Part shown: piece after piece, positions 1 to 10,959 of the stretch | Layout: every line of letters starts with the position of its first letter | How positions within the stretch are numbered: position 1 is the stretch's first letter | NCBI GenBank assembly: GCA_964485065.1 | Contig: CAZAHG010000001.1 | Coordinates: 1-28,420, forward strand | Length of the DNA: 28,420 bases | Direction: 5' to 3' | From: an uncultured Candidatus Saccharibacteria bacterium | GTDB lineage: Bacteria; Patescibacteriota; Minisyncoccia; Minisyncoccales; UBA10102 | The notes under the pieces: generated by a model | Databases searched by the model: none | What the model was told of the DNA's origin: nothing | The model's input: the letters and a program-made list of their open reading frames with translations, nothing else | Position numbers and translations under genes: made by a program

Positions 1-956
<956 letters not shown>

Positions 957-957
<1 letters not shown>

Positions 958-2219
958 CACCGCTTCTTTTTCTTGATACCAGGCGCAACGAACACCGTCG
1001 TGTTGTCCGGCACGTTCTCCATCACATGGGTGCCGGGCCCCACAATGGCGCCAGAACCCACCAGTATACCCGGCATGGTACCGGCATGAATGCCGAATCT
1101 TGCGTCAGGGCCCGCGACAAAACCAAACGCCGAGAGTTCTGTATCCAGTTTCTTACCTTTTACCTCGCACTCAATGGTTCCGCGATCAATCCGCTTGTTT
1201 GCGGAAATAAATCCAACTCCAAAACGGCAGTTGCTCCCTAGTATGGAGTTTCCAAAATATCCTGAATGCGTGTGCATCCCTTCCTGGAAAATAGAATGCT
1301 TAATTTCGCAGAAAGCTCCTGTCTTCACGTTCTGCTCAATATTGACGGGCCCTCTCAACACGTTACCGTACCCGATTTCGCATCCTTCACCAATATACGC
1401 AGGACCTTCAATGACGGTGTTCGCCTTGATGATAACGTTCTCTCCGATGCAGACAAGGCCTTCCATAATCACATTCGTCCCAATGCGGGCCGAAGAAGCT
1501 ATTCCCGGCTTGAAATACGGAGATTCAAAAAGCGTCTGCAGCACGGAGAACAGCTCCCAGGGATATTTCATCGCCGGCACATCTCCTTTGAGCATGACCA
1601 GAGAACCCGTCTTTTCTTTCAGGTACCAGTTGATCGCATCAATGAAATCTGCTTCATGATGGCGGGAAAGACCTGCGTAGTATGAGAAAAAATCCTGCTT
1701 GAAGAAATACGCTCCCAGGGTTTTTATGTTCGAAGGCTCTTTGCCCCGGACTGGGTTCTCCACAATCTCTTTTACTTTGCCTGCATCCAGCCTGGCTATG
1801 CCATAATCCCAGGGGGTTTTTGTTTCGGTTCCCACCATGACCATATCGGCTCCCTCTTGCTGCTGTTTCAAAAGCATCTCTTCCACCATGGCTTTTGTAT
1901 TCACCTTACTCGGCCAGACGACAAGAAATGAACCTCTAATAAGATCTCGAGTCTGCCAAAGAGCGTTGCCGGTACCTAAGGACTGCTCCTGGGAAACATA
2001 GAATATGGTGCAGCCCAAATCTTTTCCGTCGCCCAACTCCTGAGGAAGGGTACTGGCTGCTCCGTGCACCACAACGATGTCCGTAATGTTGTTTTCGACA
2101 AGTCCTTTGATGGTCCAGAAAATGACGGGCTTTCCCAAAAGCTTAATCTGTGACTTATGACCCTGATTCAAGGGCCAGAAACGGCTGGATTCTCCTGCTG
2201 CGATGATCACCGCTTGCAT
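957..2219 (-). CDS. glmU: Bifunctional sugar-1-phosphate nucleotidylyltransferase/acetyltransferase (GlmU-like, archaeal-type architecture)
   Basis: N-terminal AVIIAAGESSRFWPL..KSQIKLLGKP nucleotidyltransferase motif, QEQSLGTGNAL, C-terminal hexapeptide (left-handed beta-helix) repeats; glmS in the same operon. Confidence 0.85.
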
Positions 2220-2222
2220 AAT

Positions 2223-3215
2223 TTATAAAAGTGAAAGCAATGCCTGCGCCAACTTCTCCGAATCGTGGCGAATGAGGCCTTGTTTTCGCAACACGTCTTT
2301 TTTTATCACCTTGAACTCAGAACCCTTGAAGTCTTCCTCGTGAAGCTCCACGAATGCCGCCTTCTCTTTTTCGTACTTTGTGATGCGGGAAGCCAAGGGT
2401 TTTCTGGTGTTCAGTAAGACATAGTCAAGGACTCCCTTGCCGAGGTACTTCTCGATCGCGGAAACAAAGTCTCTGGCATCAAATCCCGTGGTTTCTCCAA
2501 ACTTCGTCATAATATTGCATATATATATCTTCGTTGCGCTGCTCGTTTTCAAAGCTTCCTTCATGCCTTTCGCCAGTATATTCGGCAGAATGCTGGAATA
2601 CAGATCTCCCGGGCCAATGACAATGAGGTCGGCTTCCTTGATTTCTTGCAGGGCCCTGGGGTTTGCCTTTGCGGCAGGTTCCGTCCATATTGTTCGTATC
2701 TTCAAGTTACCATTGTGGCGCGGCACATCAATGTTCGTTTCTCCTTCAATGACCGTGCCGTTTTCCAGCTCCGCAAACAGATGGCAATCCTGGAGCGTGG
2801 AAGGAATTACTTTTCCTTTAATATCCAAGATGTTCCCGGCCGCCTCGATCGCCTTCTCAAAGCTTCCGAGTTGCTTTGTTAAAGCAGTGAGGAGCAGATT
2901 CCCGAAATTGTGGCCGTTCAACCCTGTTCCATTTTCGAAGCGAAAGTTGAACAAGTCGGATAAGGCCTGCTCGGCATTGGAAAGAGCAACTATTGCGGGC
3001 CGCACGGAGCCTGGCGGCAATATGCCGAACTCTTCCCGAAGAATTTTCGTGGAACCTCCGTTGTCTGCCATGGAAACAATGGCCGTGAGATACACGGGAT
3101 ATTTCTTCAGTCCGGTCAGCACGGTATAGGTACCCGTGCCTCCGCCCATCACCACGATGCGCTTTCTGTCTGTCTGCGCAGGCAGGTTATTCCTCTTGTT
3201 GGACTTCGGTTTCAT
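2223..3215 (-). CDS. yvcK: YvcK/GlmR (UPF0052, CofD-like) family protein
   Basis: IVVMGGGTG, AIVSMADNGGSTKILREEFGILPPG, GHNFGNL, IGPGDLYSSILPN, YICNIMTKFGET motifs. Start uncertain; ATG 3215 overlaps the upstream gene. Confidence 0.92.
   Translation of the reverse strand: MKPKSNKRNNLPAQTDRKRIVVMGGGTGTYTVLTGLKKYPVYLTAIVSMADNGGSTKILREEFGILPPGSVRPAIVALSNAEQALSDLFNFRFENGTGLNGHNFGNLLLTALTKQLGSFEKAIEAAGNILDIKGKVIPSTLQDCHLFAELENGTVIEGETNIDVPRHNGNLKIRTIWTEPAAKANPRALQEIKEADLIVIGPGDLYSSILPNILAKGMKEALKTSSATKIYICNIMTKFGETTGFDARDFVSAIEKYLGKGVLDYVLLNTRKPLASRITKYEKEKAAFVELHEEDFKGSEFKVIKKDVLRKQGLIRHDSEKLAQALLSLL
3169..3186. repeat. Short GC-rich palindrome (CTGTCTGCGCAGGCAGG) at the lyase stop / yvcK 5' end
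   Basis: Near-perfect self-complementary sequence immediately after the lyase TAA; reads LPAQTD in the yvcK frame. Confidence 0.55.
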
Positions 3216-3903
3216 CAAGACGGTAGTACGAATTTTCCTGTTCCATCTCTTCTTTCACGTGCGAGGCCATTGCAACGATCCTTGCGATAAGAAAGAATGC
3301 CTTGCCCAGACGCGCGTCAAACCCAAGTTCCAGCATGACGGCTGCGATGGCTCCGTCGATGTTGAAAGGAAGTTTCTTTCCTTTTTTCTTCTCAAGCTCC
3401 TTTTCAATTGCAAAACCAAAATCAAAAAAACGGCAAGGGAATCCCAGGGCTTTTGCTTTTTCGTATAATGCCCGGGTCCTCGGATCTCCTTCCTTGTATA
3501 TCTTATGCCCAAACCCGGGAATCACATCCTTGATGTGCTCTTCAATCACGGCTTCCGCCTTCTCCTCCTTATGATCATAAAGAAACTTAGCTGCTTTTTC
3601 TGCGGCTCCCCCATGCTTGCTTCCGATAGCAAGCATGCCCGCAGCCAGTGCGACATGCATATCGTTTCCGGATGCTGCCACTACGCGGGGAACATACAGA
3701 GAAGGAGCCTCTAAGCCGTTCTCAACAGAAGCCACGAGCATGGCTTCCAATAATGCCTTTTCTTTTTCGTTTGGAAAACTGCCTCTCAGCAACAAAAACA
3801 TCACATCTGTGAACGAGTGTTTTTCAATAAGTTCCAGAAGGTTCTTGCCGCGAATAAAATGCGCGCCGCCCTCTGTTTTGCTGATTTTTGTTCTGAATTT
3901 CAT
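3187..3903 (-). CDS. Citryl-CoA lyase / citrate synthase-fold protein (ATP-citrate lyase C-terminal module)
   Basis: 238 aa; HFIRGKNLLELI, AAGMLAIGSKHGGA, IPGFGHKIYKEGDPR, PFNIDGAIAA, FLIAR motifs, matching the citrate synthase homology domain with catalytic His/Asp. Confidence 0.88.
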   Translation of the reverse strand: MKFRTKISKTEGGAHFIRGKNLLELIEKHSFTDVMFLLLRGSFPNEKEKALLEAMLVASVENGLEAPSLYVPRVVAASGNDMHVALAAGMLAIGSKHGGAAEKAAKFLYDHKEEKAEAVIEEHIKDVIPGFGHKIYKEGDPRTRALYEKAKALGFPCRFFDFGFAIEKELEKKKGKKLPFNIDGAIAAVMLELGFDARLGKAFFLIARIVAMASHVKEEMEQENSYYRLDETEVQQEE

Positions 3904-3927
3904 ATTTTTAACTGAGAGAGTGCTCTC

Positions 3928-4827
3928 TCAAAGAATGGTACGCAAAAGCGTAGGGATGTCTTCCGGAGTATTGGCGATAAGAGCGCCTGCTTTCTTGAGG
4001 GCCGCTATCTTGGAAGCGGCCGATCCCCTGCCTTTGCTCACAATGGCTCCTGCATGGCCCAAGACCGTATCTTGGGGGAGCTTTTCTGAAAATTGCCCTG
4101 CAATGAGCGCTACCACGGGCTTGGTTATGGTACCTGATTCCATTGCTGCTGCCAACTGTTCCTCATAGGTGCCTCCGACTTCCCCGAAGATGACGACGGC
4201 TTTTGTGTCCTCGTCTTTCTCAAACAATCTCGCAATATCCAAGAAGTCGGCTCCGATGAGAAGGTCTCCCCCGATGCCGACAACCGTACTCTGGCCAAGG
4301 CTGGCCTCGCTGAGAATACGGGATATTTCTGCCGTCATGCCTCCTGATTTTGAGATGACTCCAATGGAGCCCGGAGTGAAAATGGCGTGCACCATCTCAG
4401 AACTTCCGATGCTTCCGATCTTTGCCCTGCCGGGAGAAATGATGCCCACAGAGCTCGGACCCACGAGCGTCACCCTCTTTGCCTTTGCGGCGGCTATCAT
4501 TTTTGCGACAGCGGCTACGGGTACTTTTTCTGTCAGAATATCGATGAGCGGTATCTCAGCCTCTATTGATTCTGTGGCCGCCGCCAAGACAAAAGGAGCC
4601 GGAACCACCACCAGCGCGGTATTAACTTCGGGAAACTGGCTGAGCGCTTCGGCCACTGAATTGAACACGGGAACCCCGTCTTCCGTTGTTTGTCCGCCTT
4701 TTCCCGGTGTGACGCCGGCAAGAACCTTTGTCCCGTACGCAATCATCTCCCGCGCCGCCCGAGATCCTTCTTTCCCGGTAATCCCCTGAATCAACACCTT
4801 TGTGTTTATATCTACGAGAATACTCAT
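3928..4827 (-). CDS. CoA-binding/phospho-His subunit, SucD-like (citryl-CoA synthetase / ATP-citrate lyase alpha-type)
   Basis: True start MSILVDINTKVLIQGITGKEG at 4827 (ATGA overlap). GPSSVGII, ISKSGGMT, GIGGD, GEVGGTYE and GHAGA (phospho-His) motifs. Confidence 0.88.
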   Translation of the reverse strand: MSILVDINTKVLIQGITGKEGSRAAREMIAYGTKVLAGVTPGKGGQTTEDGVPVFNSVAEALSQFPEVNTALVVVPAPFVLAAATESIEAEIPLIDILTEKVPVAAVAKMIAAAKAKRVTLVGPSSVGIISPGRAKIGSIGSSEMVHAIFTPGSIGVISKSGGMTAEISRILSEASLGQSTVVGIGGDLLIGADFLDIARLFEKDEDTKAVVIFGEVGGTYEEQLAAAMESGTITKPVVALIAGQFSEKLPQDTVLGHAGAIVSKGRGSAASKIAALKKAGALIANTPEDIPTLLRTIL

Positions 4828-5885
4828 GATGAATATGCCAACCGAACCATGATGCGGGCGGATTCTGACATGGCAGTTTCCGGGCCGTACAGGTGAAAGT
4901 TGTACCCTTCTTTTTCGGCTACCTCTTTTAGCATGGCGAACGCTTCTTTCTGACGGGGGCCGTCGCGGCGTATGACAATGGGATATGTGGGCTTTGGACT
5001 GACCTTGCGCAATCCCTGCACAAACCCCAGCAAGGTTTCGTAAATATCGGTGAAGTTCGCGGTACCGCCAACAACCCAGCATCCCTTCAGGCCCGGCCTT
5101 GAAAGCACCTTTACCGTGAGCTCTTCCACTACCGAAGCCGGAGGATTGCCCGAGTATTCCACATAGTTCGCGGGATTTCCCCCATGGTGCATAAGAATAT
5201 CCAGATTCAGCAATGAGGCTCCCCCTCCCGAAGCCAAAATCGCAATGTCTCCTTGCAGATCCAGATACGGACGATCGCTTGGATTCACCACGTTGTCGTC
5301 GAGAATTACCTTTGCATCTCCTGCGATAAAACTTCCATCTTGCCCGCCTGCCGGCGAGGCAGGCAATTCAAAAAGCGGATTGATTTCTGCGAGCAGGGCG
5401 TTCTCCTGCAAGAATAAATCCAGAAGCGCTTGCGCGACTTTCAGCAACCGAGGCGAACCTTGAAGCTGTGGCAGTTCCCAATGATCTCCTTTCCAATAAA
5501 GCTCAAAGACGCGCGCCGAATCAATTCCGGTGCCGCCCACTGGCGAAACCGCGACAACCGGAGCACGGCAATCTGTATCGTAGCTCAGGCTGAGATACCA
5601 TTCTTTTATGGAATCGATTTTTTCTTCAACCAAAACTTTTTCCGGAAGAAATCCGTCGATATTCTTTTGAAAAATATTGCTGAGAGAATCCAAAAGGTCT
5701 TTTTTTTCTTTTACTATAACAATACCTCCTTTTTTTCTTCGTTCTCCCGATGGCACCTGGGATTTAAGCACAACGGGAAACTTCAAATCAAGTTCCTGCG
5801 CAGGGTTATCTACCAACACTCTTGTTGGCACGGGAATTCCATATTTCTCAAACAATTCTTTTCCCTGATATTCCAAAAGTTTCAT
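4824..5885 (-). CDS. ATP-grasp subunit, SucC-like, with ATP-citrate-lyase-type citrate-binding domain
   Basis: MKLLEYQGKELF, VVLKSQVPSGERRKKGGI, AEINPL, DAKVILDDN; C-terminal ANYVEYSGNP, GGTANFTDI and IRRDGP resemble ACL citrate-binding loops rather than SucC. Confidence 0.85.
   Translation of the reverse strand: MKLLEYQGKELFEKYGIPVPTRVLVDNPAQELDLKFPVVLKSQVPSGERRKKGGIVIVKEKKDLLDSLSNIFQKNIDGFLPEKVLVEEKIDSIKEWYLSLSYDTDCRAPVVAVSPVGGTGIDSARVFELYWKGDHWELPQLQGSPRLLKVAQALLDLFLQENALLAEINPLFELPASPAGGQDGSFIAGDAKVILDDNVVNPSDRPYLDLQGDIAILASGGGASLLNLDILMHHGGNPANYVEYSGNPPASVVEELTVKVLSRPGLKGCWVVGGTANFTDIYETLLGFVQGLRKVSPKPTYPIVIRRDGPRQKEAFAMLKEVAEKEGYNFHLYGPETAMSESARIMVRLAYSS
5343..5363. repeat. 21-nt in-frame palindromic insertion encoding PASPAGG
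   Basis: CCCGCCTGCCGGCGAGGCAGG sits between the conserved EINPLFEL and QDGSFIAGDAK segments. Confidence 0.7.
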
Positions 5886-5906
5886 GCTTGTAGTGAGTTT
5901 GTCGAA

Positions 5907-7730
5907 CTATTCTACGGTCACCGATTTTGCCAGGTTCCGAGGAGTGTCAACGTCACGCCCTCTCAATACCGCGCTGTAGTATGCAAATAGTTGCAAAGAG
6001 ATGATGGATAAGATCGGGGTGAGCATTTCAAGAGTCTTTGGGATATACAGCACGTCGTCTGCGATGTTCTTGATGTCTTCGTTCCCTTCGGTGGCAACCG
6101 CGATCACCTTTCCGTTTCTCGCCTTGATTTCCTGAATGTTAGAAACCATTTTCTCATAGACGGAGTCTGAAGGACAAATAGCAACCGTAGGAAAGCTTTC
6201 GTCAATCAAGGCGATTGCTCCGTGTTTCAATTCTCCTCCTGCGATCCCTTCTGCGTGAATATAAGAACATTCCTTGAGCTTCAATGCTCCCTCCAAGGCT
6301 ACGGGATAGCTGTATTTCCTTCCCGCAAACCAGAAGTTTGAATACCGTTTATATTTTTCTGCGATTGCGGCTATTTCATCTGCACGGGAAAGGATTGACT
6401 GCGCAAGATCTGGAATACGGGATAATTCTTCTGCGATGCGCTTTCCCATGACCAGAGAAAGCTGGCGCTGTCTTCCAAGAAACAGTGCGAGCAGGGCAAG
6501 AGTTGTCACCTGCCCGGTGGAAGCCTTAGTGGAAGCTACTGCGATCTCGGGGCCTGCGTGCACATATATTCCCATATCAACCTCTCTTGCCAAAGTAGAT
6601 CCTACCGCATTCACCACTCCCAAAGTTAATCCGCCCTTTCTCTTCACTTCATGGAGGGCGGCCAAGGTATCTGCGGTTTCCCCTGACTGGGAAATAAATA
6701 CGGAAAGCGTGTTCGCATCCAATATGGATTTCTTGTAGCGGAATTCAGAACCAATGTCAGCTTTCGCGGGAATGCCGGCATATTCCTCCATCATGTACTC
6801 TCCAATCTTTCCCATAAAAGAAGCTGTTCCGCAGGCCACGATCTGCACCTGCTTTATCTGCGAAAGCCGTTCTTGAAACTTTTCCAATCCTCCGAGTTTT
6901 GCCGTGCCTTCATTTAAAACCAAGCGTCCCCGCAAAGCGTTCACAATAGACTCTGGCTGCTCCATGATTTCCTTAAGCATGAAGTGCGCATATCCTCCTT
7001 TCTGCGCTTCCTCAACCGACCACTCAAGCTCTATTGCGGCTTTTGATTTGGAAACGTTGGAAAGATCAGACACCTGAAAACCGCCTTCCGTAATCACGGC
7101 TATTTCGCCGTCATCCAAAAACACCATTTTGTTGGAGTGGGCAATAAGGGCCGCGGGATCTGACGCGACAAATCCGCCGGAGTCGTTTATGGAAAGTACG
7201 AGGGGGCTTGAGAGCCGAGCTGCCACAAGTTTTCCGGGATCTTGCTTCGCAATCACCGCCAATCCATATGTACCCCGCACAACCCTGAGCGCTTTCCTAA
7301 CCGCATCTTCCAAATTCCCGGCGAAAAACTTTTCAATGAGATGGGCCAATGTTTCGGTGTCTGTTTCTGAAGAAAAGACGTGTCCGTGTTTCTCTAATTC
7401 CTCTTTAATCTGCCGATAGTTCTCAATGATGCCGTTATGCACCACAAAAATATTGCCTTTGCAGTCGGAGTGCGGATGCGCGTTTTTCTCGGTCACCTCC
7501 CCATGGGTTGCCCATCGATTATGCCCTAAACCGATTCCGCCTTCTACATGCATAGACCCGAGCTTCTCTTCCAGTGCCTCAAGCTTGCCCACGGCCTTCA
7601 CGATCTGCACGTCCTTGCCAAAAACCACAACGCCGGAAGAATCGTATCCCCGGTAGCTCTCCCGCCTCAGCCCTTCCATGAGAATGGGAAGGGCGTTTTC
7701 TTTTCCGACGTATCCGATAATTCCGCACAT
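5907..7730 (-). CDS. glmS: Glutamine--fructose-6-phosphate transaminase (isomerizing)
   Basis: True start MCGIIG (catalytic Cys1) at 7730; YRGYDSSG, GHNRWATHG, HNGIIENY, SQSGETADT, PRNLAKSVTVE C-terminus. Confidence 0.98.
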   Translation of the reverse strand: MCGIIGYVGKENALPILMEGLRRESYRGYDSSGVVVFGKDVQIVKAVGKLEALEEKLGSMHVEGGIGLGHNRWATHGEVTEKNAHPHSDCKGNIFVVHNGIIENYRQIKEELEKHGHVFSSETDTETLAHLIEKFFAGNLEDAVRKALRVVRGTYGLAVIAKQDPGKLVAARLSSPLVLSINDSGGFVASDPAALIAHSNKMVFLDDGEIAVITEGGFQVSDLSNVSKSKAAIELEWSVEEAQKGGYAHFMLKEIMEQPESIVNALRGRLVLNEGTAKLGGLEKFQERLSQIKQVQIVACGTASFMGKIGEYMMEEYAGIPAKADIGSEFRYKKSILDANTLSVFISQSGETADTLAALHEVKRKGGLTLGVVNAVGSTLAREVDMGIYVHAGPEIAVASTKASTGQVTTLALLALFLGRQRQLSLVMGKRIAEELSRIPDLAQSILSRADEIAAIAEKYKRYSNFWFAGRKYSYPVALEGALKLKECSYIHAEGIAGGELKHGAIALIDESFPTVAICPSDSVYEKMVSNIQEIKARNGKVIAVATEGNEDIKNIADDVLYIPKTLEMLTPILSIISLQLFAYYSAVLRGRDVDTPRNLAKSVTVE

Positions 7731-7731
7731 A

Positions 7732-10047
7732 TTATTCGGTGACGATATTGACCAGGCGCCCCGGCACGACAATGATACGCTTTGGGTCTTTTCCTTGAAT
7801 CCTGGCTTGAATCTTCTTGCTTTCCAATGCAAGACGTTTCGCTTCCTGCTCTGAGATGTCGGGTGCAACTTCAATGGTTTCTCGGACCTTGCCATTTACC
7901 TGAATCACAAGATGCACTGATTCCGCCCGCGTCACCGCAGAATCAAAAGATGGCCACGGCTGTTCATGGCAGCTCGCCTTGTTGCCAATCAAGCTCCAGA
8001 GTTCTTCTGTAAGATGGGGGGCGAAGGGCGCAAGAATTTTTATAAACGACTCTACTTGGGGGCGCGTCGCATTGTTCCCCGCCACTTTTGCCGCCCTCAT
8101 CTCGTTCAAGCAGATCATTAATGCCGAAATTGCCGTATTGAATCTGAACGCTTCAATATCTTTTCCCACCTTTTGTATGGTCTGATGGATGCGGCGTTTA
8201 AGAGTCAAATTCTCTGCGCTATTCTCCTGCCACGATTCAATAAACGTCCATACTTTGTCCAAAAACCTCCGGATCCCGGCAATATTCTTCGTGTTCCAGG
8301 GCTTCATGTCTTCCAGGGGGCCCAGGAACATCTCGTACATACGCACCGCATCGGCCCCATGCTTTGCTATTTCGCTGTCTGGATTAATGATATTTCCCAG
8401 AGACTTTGACATCTTTTTTCCGTCTTCTGCAATGATGGTTCCCTGATGGCGAAGCTTGGAAAACGGTTCTTTGAATGCCAGAAATCCGAATTTGTGAAGC
8501 GCCTTCGTAAAAAATCTCGCATAGAGCAAGTGCAGCACCGTGTGCTCGGCTCCTCCGACATACAGATCCACGGGAAGCCATTTCTTGAGCTGCTTCTTGG
8601 AAGCGAATTCCTTTGCATTGTTTGGATCTGCAAAACGAAAGAAATACCAGCTGGAACACACAAAGGTATCCATGGTGTCTATCTCGGGCTTCCAGCCTTT
8701 GCCAAAAATCTTTTCCGTGCGCTCAAGCAGTTCTTTGGATTCGCTTAAAGGAGAGGTGCCGGTAGGCCTGAACTCGACATCGGTGGGCAAAACCCAGGGA
8801 AGGTGTTCTTCTGGAATCGGGTGGGGCTTTCCTTCAGGGTCGTACACGATAGGAATGGGAGCTCCCCAATAGCGCTGTCGCGAAATGAGCCAGTCGCGAA
8901 GATGATAATTCGTCTTCTTTTTTCCTCCGCCCCTTTTAATTCCTTCGTCGAAAGACACAAGCGGTGCATCGCTGACCTTGAGCTCAAATTTTTGGGCAAA
9001 CTCCATATCTCTTTCGTCGTGGCTGGGAACTGCCATGATGGCTCCCGTTCCATAGGAGGCCAACACATAATCTGCGATAAACACTGGGATTTCTTCTTTA
9101 TTCGCGGGATTTTGCGCCATCACTCCCTTGAGTTGTACTCCCGTCTTCTCTTTTGCGAGTTCGGTGCGCTCCAATTCCGTTTTCTTGCTTGTATTTTCAA
9201 TATAGCGTTCAACCTCCTCCAGGTTTGAGATTTGATCCGCCAATTGGCGGATGAACGGGTGTTCTGGAGCCAGCACCATATAGGTAGCTCCAAACAGCGT
9301 GTCTGGCCTTGTGGTAAACACCTCAATTGAAAATTGAGAATTGAAAATTGGAAATTGAAGGAGCGCTCCTTCTGATTTTCCAATCCAGTTCAACTGATTC
9401 AATTTGGTAGATTCCGGCCAATCAAGCTGCTGAATGTCTTTAATGAGATCTTCTACAAACTCCGTAATCTTAAAAAACCATTGTTCCAGTTCACGCTGAA
9501 CAACTTCGTTTTTGCAGCGTTCGCATTTGCCGTCAATCACCTGCTCGTTGGCAAGCACGGTTTTGCAAGAATCGCACCAGTTCACGCTTGCCTTTGCCTT
9601 ATAGGCAAGGTTGTTCTTATACAAAAGCAAGAATAGCCATTGCGTCCACTTATAGTATTCTGGCGTGTGCGTGCCGATTTCTCTGCCCCAGTCGTACGAA
9701 AGCCCGAGCTCTTGAATCTGCCGCTTAAAGGTAGAAATTGCTTTGTCCGTGGTTTCTTTCGGATGAACGCCGGCCTTGATTGCGTAATTCTCTGCTGGCA
9801 GCCCAAAAGCGTCCCACCCCATTGGATGAAGAACGTTGAATCCCTGCATGCGCTTGAATCTGGAGTAAATATCGGTGGCCGTGTATCCTTCCACGTGCCC
9901 CACATGGAGCCCGTCTCCCGACGGATACGGAAACATGTCCAAAACGTACAGTTTGGGCTTTGAGGAATCCTCTGCCGCTCTGTACATTCCCTTATCCTCC
10001 CAGTATTTCTGCCATTTTTTCTCAATTATTGAGGAATCGTATCGCAT
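7732..10047 (-). CDS. leuS: Leucine--tRNA ligase
   Basis: MFPYPSGDGLHVGH, GWDAFGLPAENYA, editing-domain TTRPDT and GTGAIMAVPSHDERD, DWLISRQRYWG, KMSKS. Confidence 0.98.
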   Translation of the reverse strand: MRYDSSIIEKKWQKYWEDKGMYRAAEDSSKPKLYVLDMFPYPSGDGLHVGHVEGYTATDIYSRFKRMQGFNVLHPMGWDAFGLPAENYAIKAGVHPKETTDKAISTFKRQIQELGLSYDWGREIGTHTPEYYKWTQWLFLLLYKNNLAYKAKASVNWCDSCKTVLANEQVIDGKCERCKNEVVQRELEQWFFKITEFVEDLIKDIQQLDWPESTKLNQLNWIGKSEGALLQFPIFNSQFSIEVFTTRPDTLFGATYMVLAPEHPFIRQLADQISNLEEVERYIENTSKKTELERTELAKEKTGVQLKGVMAQNPANKEEIPVFIADYVLASYGTGAIMAVPSHDERDMEFAQKFELKVSDAPLVSFDEGIKRGGGKKKTNYHLRDWLISRQRYWGAPIPIVYDPEGKPHPIPEEHLPWVLPTDVEFRPTGTSPLSESKELLERTEKIFGKGWKPEIDTMDTFVCSSWYFFRFADPNNAKEFASKKQLKKWLPVDLYVGGAEHTVLHLLYARFFTKALHKFGFLAFKEPFSKLRHQGTIIAEDGKKMSKSLGNIINPDSEIAKHGADAVRMYEMFLGPLEDMKPWNTKNIAGIRRFLDKVWTFIESWQENSAENLTLKRRIHQTIQKVGKDIEAFRFNTAISALMICLNEMRAAKVAGNNATRPQVESFIKILAPFAPHLTEELWSLIGNKASCHEQPWPSFDSAVTRAESVHLVIQVNGKVRETIEVAPDISEQEAKRLALESKKIQARIQGKDPKRIIVVPGRLVNIVTE
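9325..9359. repeat. Tandem heptamer (AATTGRR)x5 in leuS
   Basis: aattgaa aattgag aattgaa aattgga aattgaa; encodes LQFPIFNSQFSIE just before TTRPDT. Confidence 0.85.
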
Positions 10048-10061
10048 AGAGAATATTGTTC

Positions 10062-10076
10062 ATTGTAGGGTATAAT
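10062..10076. promoter_or_regulatory. Back-to-back -10 hexamers for leuS (TACAAT, minus, 10062-10067) and the mutY-like gene (TATAAT, plus, 10071-10076)
   Basis: Both hexamers lie in the 36-nt divergent gap, close to the respective start codons. Confidence 0.6.
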
Positions 10077-10083
10077 ACGAGAG

Positions 10084-10920
10084 ATGACAATCCTGAAATT
10101 CCAGAAAAAAATCCTTTCCTGGCGCACAAAAAACAGGCGAAACATGCCCTGGCGAAAGACCTCTGATCCTTACAAGATTCTCGTGTCTGAAGTCATGCTT
10201 CAACAGACACAGGTATCGCGGGTGGTGCCGAAATATAGAGAGTTTCTCAAAGAATTCCCGACCCTTAAGGCGGTGGCCGAAACATCAAATGCGAACCTTC
10301 TGCGCGTATGGCGGGGACTCGGATACTGGAGGCGAGCTCGTTTCCTCAAGGCAACGGCTCAAACAATTCTCAAGAAATACAAAGGGGTATTTCCGAAAGA
10401 ACCCGAAGTATTGGAGAGACTTCCTGGCATTGGCCGTTACACGGCAAGGGCTCTTGCCTGCTTTGCGTTCAATAATCCAGAGACCTTCATTGATACAAAT
10501 ATCCGAAGAGTATATCTCCACTTCTTCTTCCCAAACAGAAAAAATGTTTCAGATAAAGAGATTCTGAAAATTGCGCAGAAGTGCCTATACTCTATTTCTC
10601 ACGGTCGTAGAAAAGAGAGTATAACTGCTCGTGAGTGGCACTATGCCCTTTTTGACTACGGGGCAATGGCGTTAAAAGATAAAGCGATAAATAAAAGAAG
10701 TCGTCACTACGCCAAACAGAGCAGGTTTGAAGGATCCTTCCGATCGTTCCGCACCAGCATCATGCGATTTCTGCTGGACCAGCCGAAACAAAAAGCAACC
10801 ACAAATAAAATCAAAAGAATGCTCAGAAAAGGAGGCTCTCCTTACCCATCAGAAAAACTCCTTGTGTCTTTAGAGAAAGACGATCTCATAAAAAAACAAG
10901 GGGTGTCGTACTCCCTCTAA
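10084..10920 (+). CDS. mutY: MutY-like HhH-GPD DNA glycosylase lacking the Fe-S cluster motif
   Basis: WRKTSDPYKILVSEVMLQQTQVSRV, WRGLGYWRRARFL, LPGIGRYTA, DTNIRRV; no CX6CX2CX5C and no C-terminal NUDIX-like domain. Confidence 0.8.
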   Translation: MTILKFQKKILSWRTKNRRNMPWRKTSDPYKILVSEVMLQQTQVSRVVPKYREFLKEFPTLKAVAETSNANLLRVWRGLGYWRRARFLKATAQTILKKYKGVFPKEPEVLERLPGIGRYTARALACFAFNNPETFIDTNIRRVYLHFFFPNRKNVSDKEILKIAQKCLYSISHGRRKESITAREWHYALFDYGAMALKDKAINKRSRHYAKQSRFEGSFRSFRTSIMRFLLDQPKQKATTNKIKRMLRKGGSPYPSEKLLVSLEKDDLIKKQGVSYSL

Positions 10921-10930
10921 CCTTTTCCTA

Positions 10931-10959
10931 TTGACAAAATTATACTATTATGATACTCT
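10931..10959 (+). promoter_or_regulatory. Sigma70 promoter, TTGACA-17-TACTCT with extended TG
   Basis: TTGACA 10931-10936, TG at 10951-10952, TACTCT 10954-10959. Confidence 0.65.

Noticed and set aside
3928-5885. Plain succinyl-CoA synthetase (sucCD) annotation
   Set aside because: ACL-type citrate-binding loop motifs and the adjacent citrate synthase-fold lyase favour citryl-CoA chemistry; not fully excluded without phylogeny.
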